A stretch of 64,000 bases of DNA from Owenia fusiformis (Eukaryota), in assembly GCA_903813345.2 (NCBI GenBank), contig CAIIXF020000001.1:9300001-9364000 (forward strand). The letters are read 5' to 3'. Positions 26,574 to 40,100 of the stretch are shown one piece after another (the stretch's first letter is position 1; every line of letters begins with the position of its first letter). The position numbers were made by a program, and so were the translations under genes. Under the pieces are notes generated by a model, which did not search any database, had not been told where the DNA came from, and worked only from the letters and a program-made list of their open reading frames with translations.

Positions 26574-27762
26574 AAATTACAATACAACAGAAGCAAAATA
26601 CACCAATCTTTAAAAAAGACTTTCCACACTTGTTGTGTTGTGTTGTTGTTAAATATATTGTCAATATCTTTATTCAATATGCATGTACAAACTGAGTCTA
26701 AATATTCAGATACAAAATGGTTAACAATACACCTCAGACATTGGTAGAAAAATTCAGATGCTAATAAATTGAAGACTTTTGGTGTTACGAATGTCAATGT
26801 GTTCCTTCAAAGAACACACAAATTAAGTAAGAGGTAAACCATTTTGGAACTTTAAGATCACGATGAGTAGATCTAATGTTTTCAAGTTCTACATGCATGT
26901 ACTGCATGTATCACAGATATTTAATCATTGAATAATCCCTTGACCGCAAATTATGCCCTTGTATGTTACAGTCCAATATTTCCCAGTACAAATTTTGTAA
27001 TCTAATGACTTTCTCATAAAGAAACTTTGAAATGTGAATGCCTGCTATTGGAAACAATTTTGGCCAGTCACAGTGGTGTTTGCATTCGACAGGTTTTACT
27101 GTACACTGATTTAGGGTTAAATATACATTTACAATGACCCAGTCAATGTTGCATCGTTCTCTACAGCACACCTGCATAGATACATGTTATCAGTGCCTAT
27201 GCATGCATTGTTACATGTACCATTTCCTTCCTTGCATTACCATCATGATTATTGAAGAAATCCATGGTATATTGTCATCCATTCATTGTTCTCTATACAG
27301 GATGGATGTTACCCTGCGTGCAGAGTCTAGTTAAACTACACTCTGCCTAGTAGAGACCATATTACAGTTTAGTAGCCCCGCCGCATGACAGGTACCGGTG
27401 ACAGTATGGGTAAATCACTTTTGACCTACGCGCTGACCTTCCACCACTCAGCGAGCTTGAAGAAACATACGGCAAATGCGTTCTAATTAAATATGCGCAT
27501 GTCATTGGTCAATTCCGGGCTCAACGATGACGTCAGAAGGAATGACCATATAAAGAACGTCGGTCAAATTTGGCCGACGTACACTGATTGGCGCGGTGAG
27601 TTCACAGGTTTATTTTAGTTTGAAAGAGTGAAGACGAAGCTCTCTTTTAAGAAGTGTAGTCAAACGAATGCAAAGGGTAGATGGATGTCTGCCAAGATGT
27701 GCATGCATTGAATCCTAGTCATGTTCCTGTACCTTAAATCACACCACCAGCAGTATCCCAGC

Positions 27763-30700
27763 TCACAAGAAGAACTTTCTTCGGCTTGTTTCCATTTCAT
27801 GTCGCTGAAACATAGAAGAAAGATTCTTTAGGAAAGTCTGAGAAAAATGAGCATCACAGTATATAGGCAGGGGTCCATTCAATTATGCTTGTATACTTCC
27901 AAAGTCATTCCATACTAAATTGCAGTTGCCATTAACAACTTATAGACAATTCACACAAAGGTCAAGGAAATCCAATGTGAAGTGGTTTAAACTAAAAGGA
28001 ATAAATATTGCACTGGATGGAAACGAGCAAATCAAACATGTATATGGACTGAAATGAACTACATGTACTTATTTATTCTATTTCACTTTGGGGTAATTTA
28101 TTGTGATTTCAAAAAAATGTTTCATAAGAAATAGCTGATGTTTTATATTGGAAAAATATGATTTAAATAATTTATAGGGATTTGCGTATTTTCCAAATGG
28201 TGCCCTTTGGGATTTCTCATCGTCACTTGAAAAGTACATAAAATATTGAATATTTTCCTTACCTTATGAACCCATTCATATTCGCCAAACTTGGAATCAA
28301 ATGTGCCTTTTTGTAACGATCGTAATTTTAGAGTAAACCGTGGCCCAAGCTCATGAAGTCCAACTTTTTTAGCATTTCTGAACTGGTACCTGAAATTTAA
28401 GTAAACATGTTTTGTTGAAATTGGCCTGAAATATTTTCAGAACTTCCCATTTTTGGAGAAATAATATTTGAAAATATAGGTTATTTATTTTTCATTTCAT
28501 CTTATAGAATAGAAAAAGTTTCATAACAACTTTTAATTTCTTGAAGTTGTGCTGACTATTTGAAAAAGGCGCATGACTAAAATAAAAAATCATTTGATGA
28601 CCATGAATCTCGGTAAGGAGAAAATTTAGTTAAGATTGTAATGTATGATGTCAGTGTGAAGCTATAAATTGTACAAGGGCAGTGCTTGAAACAGCAAGAC
28701 TTCAAAGTCAATATTTTGTTTGACTGAGGAAAATGTAATGACTTGTCAAAAAGTTGTCAAGCATGCAACAAATCTTGATTTCTCTGGTGTCACTCAAGAA
28801 CTCCTCAAAGTATCCTTACCTATGATGTCTAAAGAATATGTAGTCTCGCTGATTGTGGAAAGTGGCCACCCTACGTCCAGTAAATTGAGGATCATGAGGG
28901 AATAGAGATGCCAACAAGCGACCAATAGAGTGACCTAAACGTGTGTTGAAATTATTGAGAACCACCTCAGGAAAATGACTAGTGGATTCACCATGGTTCT
29001 GAAAAATTCATAACATTATGTTTGTAAAAAGCACTCAAAGTTCTCTCTGATAGAAAATCTTTTTTTAACACATTTTTTGTATATAATTTTCCTTTCCTTG
29101 TAAGTAGATAAAGACATGTTCACACCTAATTGTAATCCATCACACACAGTTTAGCTACAGTACATATGGTATTTACCTTTATTTCTTTATCCATTTTGAC
29201 ATTTGATAGTTTAAAATGTGCAGTTGGTCCATTGGGCAAATGTGAAAGTATCAAACCATCTGATATGTGTAAAGGAATATATAACAACAATATACAACAT
29301 TTACTAACACAAAAATCTATGATGGGAAACACATTTTTTTAATGCAACAAAAAAGTATTTGGGAAACCTGCGACAAATCTAAATGGAAGTAAAAATTTGA
29401 TAAACAAGGCATAACATGCTAAATGTCACCATTTGTTACAGATGCCAAACACCACTCGCCAACTCTGAACACAAAAAGTTGGAGACTGTATCAATACTTC
29501 ACTATTTTTGGTGGTGACATTGCAAAACATAATATAAGTGACAATGAAAGATGTTTTCAATAAATAGATCATTTTAATCTATCAGAAGATCATTTTTCAT
29601 GTATTATTTTTAAGGATACTAGGTACTTTTCTATCTTCATTGATTACAACTAGATCTGTGTATTCCTTCTCTATGGCTTGTGGGATAACTTTTTTTAGGT
29701 CAAGACCACGTCTATAGAACACATCTGAATTTGGGATGACTTTTTTTAGCTGCTTGCAGAATGCATTGGTTCTCTGAAATAATATGTTTCAACATTTTAA
29801 GATATTGAACAGTAATGATAAAGTTAACCTTATCACTTTTATAAGTATCAGGTTACTCATAACAATGCCTGGGCATTAAGTAAAGGCTTAATTAATAATC
29901 TTACTTTTACATGACCTTAAATTTCGCGGTTCAGCCTCTTGGTCGAACCGGAAATCAATAATTTCAAAAATATTTAAATTTTTTCTTTTGCATTATTTTT
30001 TGGTCAATAACAACAAAATTGGTCAAAATAAGTGAACAAAGCAGTATTCTATGAATGTATTAATATTTATTTCACAACTTTATATAACAATTATAGGGAA
30101 ATAGCGTGGAAAGATGCAATTATATTTTGGTAAGATTTTTCTTTATCGGGTGACGTCATAAACCCGTCAAATCGATCATATATGATCGATTAGGCATCAG
30201 GGAGTTAAACCTCTTAACACACAATATACACACTGTGTCAAATTGAAATAATAATATGTTTTGTAAATAATTTGAATAGAACAATAAACAATTAAACTTC
30301 AAATAGTTAATTCCAGGTGTTCTGAAACTTCCAAGGTAATTTAAGAAAAATCCCCGATGGGCATTTATTTGAGAAAAGATATTAATCCCAAGTCTGGAGA
30401 GATATTTCACCATTTTATGACCAAACTGATGGAAAACTAGCCTGAGCTCTGATTGAGAAAATCTGGTAAATAAACATGAACAATTCTATGACTAATGTTT
30501 GGAACAATACAAAATAAGTTAATATTTCCTATGCGCATATACCATGCACACTATGTTCTATTCATGAAAATTTCATATATCAAATGAAATAAGATCTTTA
30601 TTTGGATAAGTTATTTTGTCTGGCGTACCTTCAGATATAGCGAGCAGGCTAAACAAAAAATTGTTTCAATTTTAGAATATTTTTGGCTCATGTCATTCCT

Positions 30701-33700
30701 TGTCATGTCTATTTTCTAAAAATCACAAAAGTGCATACTTTATTCAAGGCAAACTAAAGATTTTTACAATAATGTATTATTTTTCTATAAGAATGGTTAC
30801 CATTCTTATTATTTGGGAGAAATTAAACATTTTTCACACATTTTTGCACCTTGAATCATTAATAACTTCACCAATTTATAACATATTGTGAATCTTTTGG
30901 GAGATATTGTTTTTGATATTGTAACGAATAGATTGGTAGGTCAGTTATACAAGTTGCTTGTAATTTTGTCACCCCCTATAGATCTGATTCTGCCTTTAAG
31001 AACATACCCCTTTTGGACGATCAGAAGTTGTTATAAGAATTTTAGGTGTTGTTTCTCTATTGAAATATGTGGCAGTCTCATCAGTTGCTTCATCTTGAGC
31101 AACCTCCTCATCCTCTGGGTTGACCATGGTCTCATCATACACTCTCTGGTTCTCTATGGTCTTAGGGATCTTCTTTGGTGGAGCCTGAAGTCGCAGCAAT
31201 GCGGTATTATAACATGCAAACTTAAAAATGAAACTATGCATGGGTCATCTTTTTCAAGAGAGAAACAGGATATTTTTATGTTGAGTTATCATATTCTTGA
31301 AAATATGCTTGCTTAAAATTCTCAACAGAAGACAGCTTTAAGATAAAACATGAAGAATTGAAAACTTCCAGGTGTTCACAGGAAATTCTAATTGAAATCA
31401 TAAATAGCAATTTTGCTAGAAATGCACCAATATAAATTAAAATTTGCACCATTGGCTAAAATAATTTTTTAACAAATCATATTTCAGAATAAAAGATCTA
31501 CCAGAAACATGATGAACTTATTCTAACCTCACCCCAAAGTATTCTTTCTTCAATACTAAGAATATAGTGTCATGTTCCCAAGATTCTAAAAAACGTAAGT
31601 TTTATGATAGACTATATACTGTACTTTACATTTTACAATACCTGCATGTAGTATGTATACAAGCAGTGTACTTTACCTTGTCTCCAAGAGCCTCCCTTTC
31701 TTGTCTTTGTCTCTTCTTTGCTTTTTTCTTTTCCTGAAATATTCACAACTTAGGTTAACACATGTTTTACACAGCAAGGGGAATTCTAAAAGGGAAATGG
31801 GCTTTTAGTGCTTTTTTGCTTTCACTGTTTGTGCAATAAAAGAGCATCCAAATATTAAACAAAGTATATGAGACTATGATCACCAATACTAAATAAAGGC
31901 TGTAAATGCTGTATGGAAGCAGCAATTTCAAAATCTGTGTGAGGGAGAGAGGTTTAATGCTTATTGCGTTGCTGTAGAACGAAGTGCACAACTACAGTGC
32001 TGATACAAGATAATTGATAAGTCGTATAGTTGGCATATTTTCTTAAATTTTAACATTTAATGTCCCAAACTCCCCCAAACTGCAGAAAAGAACACACCAT
32101 AAATCATATTTACCAAAATGAGTGTCTCCAAGGCTTCATACCAGTGTATGCATAATGCACTTGTCACGAGTTTGAGATGAAATTTCGCTAAAATGAAATA
32201 AGGGTAATCTCCACCAGGTTTGTTTATTGTGGTTAGCTCTTAATGGTAAGTGCTCAGAAGCAAACAGTGCTCTGTTTAGTTTGAAAACTTGCCCTTTATT
32301 TTGTATCAGCACTATATTTACCAATTTCTATATACCATCCTCACATATACATGCATAATGTTCTGGATATCCAACATGGTTTAGATTGTAAAATATATCA
32401 TGAATTCAAATTCAAGAATGACAAGAATTTTGCAATGCTGCTTTTGAAATATGATGATATCCACACCGAGCGTTTTATTAGAAGAAAATATAGTCTGAGA
32501 CATTATAAACCTCAACCATCAAAAGTTGTCACAATTAGTGTTGTCGCGATTAATCGATACATCGCGATATACATCGCCAAAGCTGATTCTGGCGATGCAT
32601 CGATGTCTGAAACAAAACATCGATGTTTTTAAAAAAATCAATTTGCTAAAAATCACCCTTTCTTATCTTATTTTGACGCAAATCGCTTACCTTTCTCATG
32701 TCTTATTTCATTTTCCAATGTTTTCTGATATTCTTTCGCTTTAAAACTGTTTTAGCTAGTCGAAATGAACCATTAATCTAAAAAAATTACTTTACTTTCA
32801 TTTCACCCTTACTAGAAGTCCCCGGATGTACCGGATGTTCGGTATTTTAGTGCATTAGCGTTCGGTATTTCAGTGCACTTTTCTCGGACTTTTTCTCGAT
32901 GTACATCGCGATGTGCATCGATGTTTACTACTGAAAATTGCCGATGCATCGATGTACGATTATGGCACATCGCGACAACACTAGTCACAATGAGCTAAAT
33001 TCTAAGTTTCATCATGGGCTTTCAACTAGAAGAAAAATAATATTCCTGCTCACTCTAAGTAGCACAATAAATGAATCCAAAGCTTCATACCTGCAAATGA
33101 TGGATAAAGTCCTATCAAATCAAACGAAGAATCGCCATGTTTGTGATCCAAGGAGGATTGACTCCCAGAATGTAACATCAGTTAAACTTATTTACTCGTA
33201 AAATAGCAAAACAGCATTTTGAAAGCTGGCACGTGTCTTGTTGCATTCTGGGAGCCAATCCTCCTTGCGGTGTAATCGGGGTCCAAAATCACAGAGTCGG
33301 CATAACATGTGATCACTTCAAATTTCGTCGCGTGAGAATAACTTTGTACTAACTGCCATTTTCAAAAAAATTGAGATAGACATGGAATTTACTATTTGAA
33401 ACACAGGCTTTCATCTCAGATACATGCCCCATCTCAATTCCCTCTCATTAAGCTAGAATTCAGTGTGAAATTGTACCATCTCCAGACAAACAGCTTATTT
33501 CTAATTTCAAATTGTCATATCTGATATCAACTGTTTCAACCAATCAACTGTCTAAGAATTGGTCATGTGACTTGCAAAACTTGGAGTTATAACGATCTTA
33601 TATTAAAACGAAGTATGCCAATGTGCATGTTATTGTATCTAGAATGAAATAATGTTTTGTAACAATACCATGCCAGTTTGCATGCCTGGCCTTTCATGTT

Positions 33701-36700
33701 TTAGTTTTAGAACTATTACAAGTAGATCAAAAAAATAAAATGATACAGTATGTGTAATCCCATGCATATTCAAATTATATGCCCTCAATTACTCTTTGTA
33801 TTATGGATGCTCATTGGATTATTCATGGCCACATGATATGAAATAGAATTACTAATTTCCTCGAAAACCTAAATCCTCGCTACCAGGGAAGATGAAAAGT
33901 ATGTAAATGACCAGTTAATTAGATCATGTGAGCAGTCAAAAGTACCCTTTATCTTCCCTGCTACCAGGTCTTATAGGGGTTTGAATGGCCAAATGCAATA
34001 GAAATGCATATACGAAGCTGTCATCATTAAATGTTGAAAATGAAAGACTACTTATTTGTTTCTTCAAATAGAGTACATAATAATAGATATAGTAATCAAA
34101 ACAAATAGTAACTGTCATATTTTGCACTACATTGCTCAAAGGCAATCACTGTCTGTATACTATTGAAATCTCTTTCAAAATGATGTTTTATAGTTTGTGG
34201 AAAAAAGCTAAATCTATTTAAACTAGCTTTAACTTTTACTGACCATACACTATATCAATAAGGAGTTATCTTTATGTTAGTAAAGTCCCTTAAAACACTT
34301 ATTTTATTTTCTCTTCATCTATGATTTACTTTGCGCTTTTCACTGAACATCTGGGATCTTTTTAGTTATTTTATTACTAGTATGTTTTTCAGATTTGTCC
34401 TTTCTTTTGCATTTTTGGGATCATTGTTTTTCGATCATCTACATTTTATTTTGGAAAAGTAACAAATTGGTTCAATTTCTTTACAAAGAGCCACTCTTAG
34501 TCTCCACTTCTACAATTGCTTCAATTCCCAATTGTACTCCACAGAGTAGCAAACAACAGAAAATGAATGGATAATGATAGCTGCATCCCAATGAACAAAA
34601 TGTGATTACCTAAATCGAGGTTTCATCACTTTCATTAATCTAAAATGAATTAGAATTTATTTTTCTATTTTCAAATTTCTTCCATGTGCATGTAATAAAA
34701 ATTGGTTATGTCTTAGGCCCTAAGGATCTGAAACCTGCTGGTCAAAATGGAATTACGGACCAGTTGCAATGTTATTCTCCTATACCCAGTGAAAAAATCA
34801 ACTGGTCTGTATCAAAAATAACCTGATAATGACCAGCGGACCGGCCTTTAGGGGCTACATTGTAATGTGCTGGGAGGTTTAGGCTACAGGGTTTATACCG
34901 AGGGAAATATGTGGGGGACCGTATTGGCATCATTGGTTTCAATGCATTGTACTTCTGCCTTAGTTTCAAAGGCAATAAATTCTTTTTGAAGGGTGTCCTG
35001 AGATTCCAAAATTAAGAAATAATTGTACTTATTTGAGAAATTGATTTTAAAGTTTTATAAATTGAATTTTCTTTATTTTATTAAAGGAATATTCCTTGCC
35101 AAACCATCTCTCTCCTCATATGGTAGCTATAACCATATAATATGCTTGCCATGTTTAGCAAAACACGCAAAAATGTTTTGATATGGTCAAATTTGATCAC
35201 TTAGAAATGTGATGCTCAATTCCAGTAAGCTGCCATCTTTTAAAATTTCACACAGGAAGTGATGTCATCGACTCACAACTTTGCATATAGCATTAGGTGA
35301 GGAGATATTAAGAATTACAAAACCAGCTAAATATTCTTTTTCAACTTTGTATCTTATTTAATCCTTCTGAAAATATCTTCTTTTATTCTAAGTTGACAAG
35401 CCATGAAAATATTTTTGCACAGAAGTAATGATCACTTGTCTAGAAGTGATTTTTTGCTACTTTCCTATACTGTTATGGGCAAGGTTATAGAAGTTCAGAG
35501 TTAATGACATCACTTCCTGCAAGAAATCTTAAAAGATGGCAGCTCACTGGAAATAAGCACTAGATTTTTAAATGATCAATATTGACCATATTAAAACATT
35601 TTCCAATGTTTTGCTAAATATGGAAACTATATATGATTATAGCTACCATATCAAGAGAGAAAGGGTCTGGCAAGGAATAATCCTTTAAATAATATTCTTT
35701 GGTTTTTGAAGACTTTTTTACAAAGCAAAACATTATTTTTCATTCTAGATACAATAACATGCATATTGGCATACTGTACGCCCGGTATTATTCGCGAGCT
35801 TTAATTTCGCGAATTTTGCGAAAACACGGTTTCGCGGCTATTAAATTTCGCGAATACTGTATTTTATCGTATTCGGGGATTCCCCAGTATATGATGTCCA
35901 ATCAAATTGCAGGCTACGATCACGTGAACAATCGTGCACACGTGCGCTTTCATTGCCGCGCATGCGCATAGTAAAGTCATGGAGTTGCACAGTACTATTG
36001 AAGTACTATAACTCGATCCAAACTAGTAGATAAAACGAAATGCATCAGAGCCCCGGGTAAAAACAAATTCCCGGGGATTTAATTTGCAATTTCGCGACGA
36101 TAATTTTTCGCGATTTTAACACCCTCGTGAAAAGCGCGAAAGTTAATCGCACGCGAATAATACCGGGCGTACAGTACTTTGTTTTAATATAAGATTGTTA
36201 TAAATCCAAGTTTTGCAAGTCACATGACCAATTCTTAGAGAGTTGATTGGATGAAACAGTTGATATCAGATATGACAATTTGAAATTGGAAAAAAGCTGT
36301 TATTCCGGTGGGAAATTGTATCAACTCCATTTCCATAGTTTTAAAAAAGGATCTTGTAAATTGTTTCAAGGTATGATATTTCATATAGGATATCTCTAGG
36401 GTGAGACCAGGTGACATACAAAAAATCAAGTTTCACATAGCAATACTAAGTAAGATACAGACCTCTAAACTTTCAAACCTTGATTTCTCAGTTCCGTAAA
36501 AATGTGAGATAGTACAAAGTTATTCTCATGCGACGATTTATAGTTACTATTTGTCATTATGGACACAAATTCCACTATATTTGTACGTTTCGGGAAGGAG
36601 AAAATAGAGTACTCAATTCACTGAGGTTTTGCAGTAATTAGATCCTAGATTCTATGAAATTGAATTGAAAACATTTCCCCAATTGGCCAAAGATTTTCAA

Positions 36701-36884
36701 TCTATGACTGAGTTTAGGATAGGCCTAACGCTTAGAATAGACGAAAGTTTACCTTGTTTAAAGTTCGTTTCATGTCTCTGTATGCTTCTCCACGTCTCTG
36801 TTTGTTCTTTATGCTTGAAATATTGGGGGCAGGGAGGGAATTCTCCCCTTCTTCAGACTTCACATATTTTTCCATTTTCGCCAT
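27763..36884 (-). CDS. RPF1: Ribosome production factor 1 (Brix domain), 8 exons, ~316 aa
   Basis: Exons 36884-36753, 31733-31677, 31184-31008, 29773-29620, 29259-29177, 28998-28820, 28389-28263, 27804-27763 (951 nt). Peptides [93 protein letters not shown] and [10 protein letters not shown] match RPF1 as recalled. AATAAA on the minus strand at ~27608-27613. Confidence 0.96.
32536..32983. mobile_element. hAT-type MITE
   Basis: TIR TAGTGTTGTCGCGAT / ATCGCGACAACACTA. Perfect 8-bp TSD gtcacaat at 32528-35 and 32984-91. Many ATCGAT subterminal motifs. Confidence 0.9.
33149..33267. mobile_element. Short MITE / hairpin element
   Basis: caaggaggattgactcccagaatgtaa pairs with ttgcattctgggagccaatcctccttg. 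Confidence 0.7.
35085..35684. mobile_element. Kolobok-like MITE (TTAA TSD, AGG...CCT termini)
   Basis: ttaa|aggaatattccttgccaaacc ... ggtctggcaaggaataatcct|ttaa. Imperfect inverted arms of ~200 bp. Confidence 0.8.
35774..36174. mobile_element. Tc1/mariner-like MITE (TA TSD; CTGTACGCCCGGTATTATTCGCG TIR)
   Basis: ta|ctgtacgcccggtattattcgcg ... cgcgaataataccgggcgtacag|ta. Second copy at 44443-44660. Confidence 0.88.
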
Positions 36885-37143
36885 GCTTGGATTTTGCTAA
36901 ACAGTAACACGTTGAAAGTTTATAGTTGCTAATTTCAGATTTAAATCTATTATGAATTATTCTGATGAGATAATTGATAATGGTATAAATGTAAATACTT
37001 GGAATGATAAGTCAACAAAAGTTAAAATTCACAATAAAGTTATCTGAGATTGATTAAAAACACTACGGTGTTTGTAGTCTAAACTTTCTTCATCTTACTG
37101 TATTCTACCCACAATTCTCTTATTTACTGATTCAGCTTCCGGG
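36885..37143. promoter_or_regulatory. Bidirectional promoter between RPF1 and OS9
   Basis: The two ATGs diverge 259 bp apart. ETS-like CTTCCGG at 37136-42, Staf/ZNF143-like ctacccacaattc at ~37105, YY1-like ATGGCG at the RPF1 start. Confidence 0.75.
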
Positions 37144-40100
37144 ATGGAAGAGAAAACTAAAAAAGTTTTACTTTTTCTTGTTTTTCTCCATGTTGCATGG
37201 GGGTTTCTCGATTTCGAAGAACTTGAAAATGTGCATTATGGCATAAGTATACTAAATGAACCAAAACTTTTGAATGAGGTAGGTAAAGGCTTTGATTAGA
37301 TGCGTTTCAATATTTTTGCAATTTTTCATTTCTAAACTTTAGTTTCGTCCAGTGCAAACTCACAAGAACCAGTCTTCTAATATATCCAGATCCTATCCTA
37401 TATATGCTATGTGCTGGATATTCACAAAGGTAAATCCCCTATCATCCACAATTACGCCATCCTAGGGGGAAACCTTAGTCGGTAACACATATCCCATACC
37501 TAGGTATTGACATCTCGAATGACTTCCGCTGGATTACACATATTCAAAGTAGAGTCTATTGTATCCAAAGCCAATAAAGTGCTTCGATTCCTCAAGCGTG
37601 ACCTCCATCAATGCTCTGAAAAAGTGAAGGCCCATGCATATAAGTCACTAGTCCGGCCAAATTTAGAATATGCCAGTTCGGCACACAACTGACTATACTG
37701 ACAAAAAGACATTGATATGTTGGAACAGCAACAAGCCTGCACTACTGGTAAAGAGGGGTGATGTCAACGCAGTAGCCTGACAGTCGCCCCAGGATATTTC
37801 AACATAAAGGGACTTCCTAGGGGGGTACAGGGGCCAACCAGGAAGATTCCTTTCAATTTTAAAATGAGTTGTAAACCATAGATCTATTTTTAAATGTTAA
37901 GGTTTTAAATTATATTCTATTCAAATTCTATCACTGTTAAATTATATATCTGCTTTATATGGGCTTATTAGCCTTTTGCAGATTATTGACATAGACATAG
38001 GAACAGGTACACTGAAGATATCATATCAATATTTATTTCAAGTCGGATATTTTTTGTACAATAAACATTAGTGCAAGTGCTATTGACCGACATAGCACTA
38101 TTCCCAGGTCAAAATAATAGCATACATATTCAGGGTAATCATTAGCTAATGATTATGAAACAAATAGGTAACAAATAGTACAGCAATTTGACATGCAAAT
38201 GAGATAATCATTCAGGGTAATCATTAGCTAATGATTGTGAATTTAATGAAACACTGATTTCTTTCTTCGTTAATCATTCAGTAATTATTCAGAAACAAAT
38301 AGTTAATTATTCAGAAACAAATCAATAATTATTCAGAAACAAATCGGTAATTATTCAGAAAGAAACCGTTAATTATTCAGAAACAAATCGTTAATTATTC
38401 AGTCATTATTCAGGTTATCTGACTCATTTTCTTCTTTATCAAGACCCTGTTGCCTCTCCTGGAGCTGTCTTGTATTATTCTGACTAATACATGTTCATAT
38501 AGAGGTGACATATACTCCAAATTAATTTATATTTATCTGCTCAGAAACCTAGGGCTAAAATGAGTGTTTGTGCCCATGTATGGGGAACAACCCAAAATTG
38601 ATCAATTCAAAAAAAATATCTTGAATTCAAATTCATTAGAATAGTAGAGATAAATATGAATAAGTTTCAATCTAAACATGTTCTGCATACCTTTATGATT
38701 ATGTTGATCAAGTTTCAAGATAGTCTAGCCACCCTTCAGGTTGTTTATGCTCACTTTTATTAGACAAATAATTCTCTCACATCTTAACCAAATTTTAACG
38801 TCTGCCAATGTGGGGTTTCTCATTCTAAATCATGGACTTTTAGGTAATCATTCAGAAACAAATCGTTAATCACTCAGTAACAATTCGGAATAAAAAATTC
38901 CAAGTTAATCATTCAGAAACAAATCTTTAATTATTCAGTAACTATTCAGATAATTAATCATTCAGAAACAATTCAGTTGATTATTCAGAAACTAATCAGA
39001 CGTTGCTTTTAAATTCTTCAGGTTTTCTGATTAATTCCTGAAGGATTCAATAATCATTAGCTAATGATTATGAAATGATTTTTGTGACATAGAGCAGCCA
39101 GATTTGTAATCGAATGTCACTCAAGGGAACCAGGCTGCGTCAAAGCTCTCCAAGACCTACAGTGGGAGTCTCTGAAGCAGCGTAGAGAGGCTGCTAGACT
39201 TTTTATTTTTTTACAAAGGAAAGCAGAACCTAGCAGCCATCGAAGTGCCTCCATACTTCCACTAACAGATCAATACCAACACTAGGTTGTATCATCCTTC
39301 TAAGTTCATACAACCATCAACTAGAATGGATGCATACAAATTTAGCTTCAAATTTGATTGATCCAAATTGATTTAACTACTTCTGAATATTTACTTGAAT
39401 ACAAAATAAATTGTATTTAATAAATAGGAAGATGGATTCAATATAATTGAAAAAATTCTGAGGTATCATAATTCAGCTTAATTACCATATATATTATGAA
39501 AATGAACAAAATAAGACAGCGCTTGACCTAAGAAAATGCTCTTCAGAATTATCATTCCTTCCATTTAATAGATGGGCTAAATTGGCAATTTCATGTGATT
39601 GTAACTAATGTGATGTCAATGATGTCCATGTTAAACAGGAATTAAAAAACGGTGATAGAGAAGTTTAAATATGCACACATTAATTGTAAACATACTCAAG
39701 ACTCAATAAAAGACTTATGAAATAAAGAAATGAAACATGTCAATGTTTCCCTTATAATTCTTCTTATTAAGAAAAAAAGAATTGAAATATTTGATCAAGT
39801 ATATGAGCGAAAAGTATTTAAGGTTTAAGATGTGGACATGTCCAAAATTGTCAGTTTTTCAAAGTCATTGCCAAATAGCAATTATCTTAAAAGAGTCAGA
39901 ATTGATAGACCTCAAACAGGTTTAGCATGACAGGGAATCTCCAGAATATTAAAAAAAATCATGAACATTTTCAGGAACTTTTTTATTTGTTGCCCCTTTT
40001 ATGTTACAGGAGGTAGATGGATCTGTATTCCTGGCATCAATGTATGGCCAGCCATATCAATGTATCTACAGAGACCTTGTATCAGAGGAGAAGAAGGAGA

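Larger units (their letters stand above)
33280..36565. mobile_element. Large foldback-type element with inverted arms of several hundred bp in RPF1 intron 1
   Basis: 33327-33352 is inverted at ~36510-36535, 33490-33610 at ~36181-36300, and 33612-33660 at ~35725-35773. The right arm is interrupted by the 35774-36174 MITE. Ends are approximate. Confidence 0.7.

Noticed and set aside
30888-31316. 142-aa plus-strand ORF
   Set aside because: It is antisense to RPF1 exon 3 and has no independent support.
38270-39000. CRISPR-like appearance of the short repeats here and at 19463-19540 and 5335-5600
   Set aside because: No unique spacers of constant length, eukaryotic context and no cas genes. They are ordinary minisatellites.
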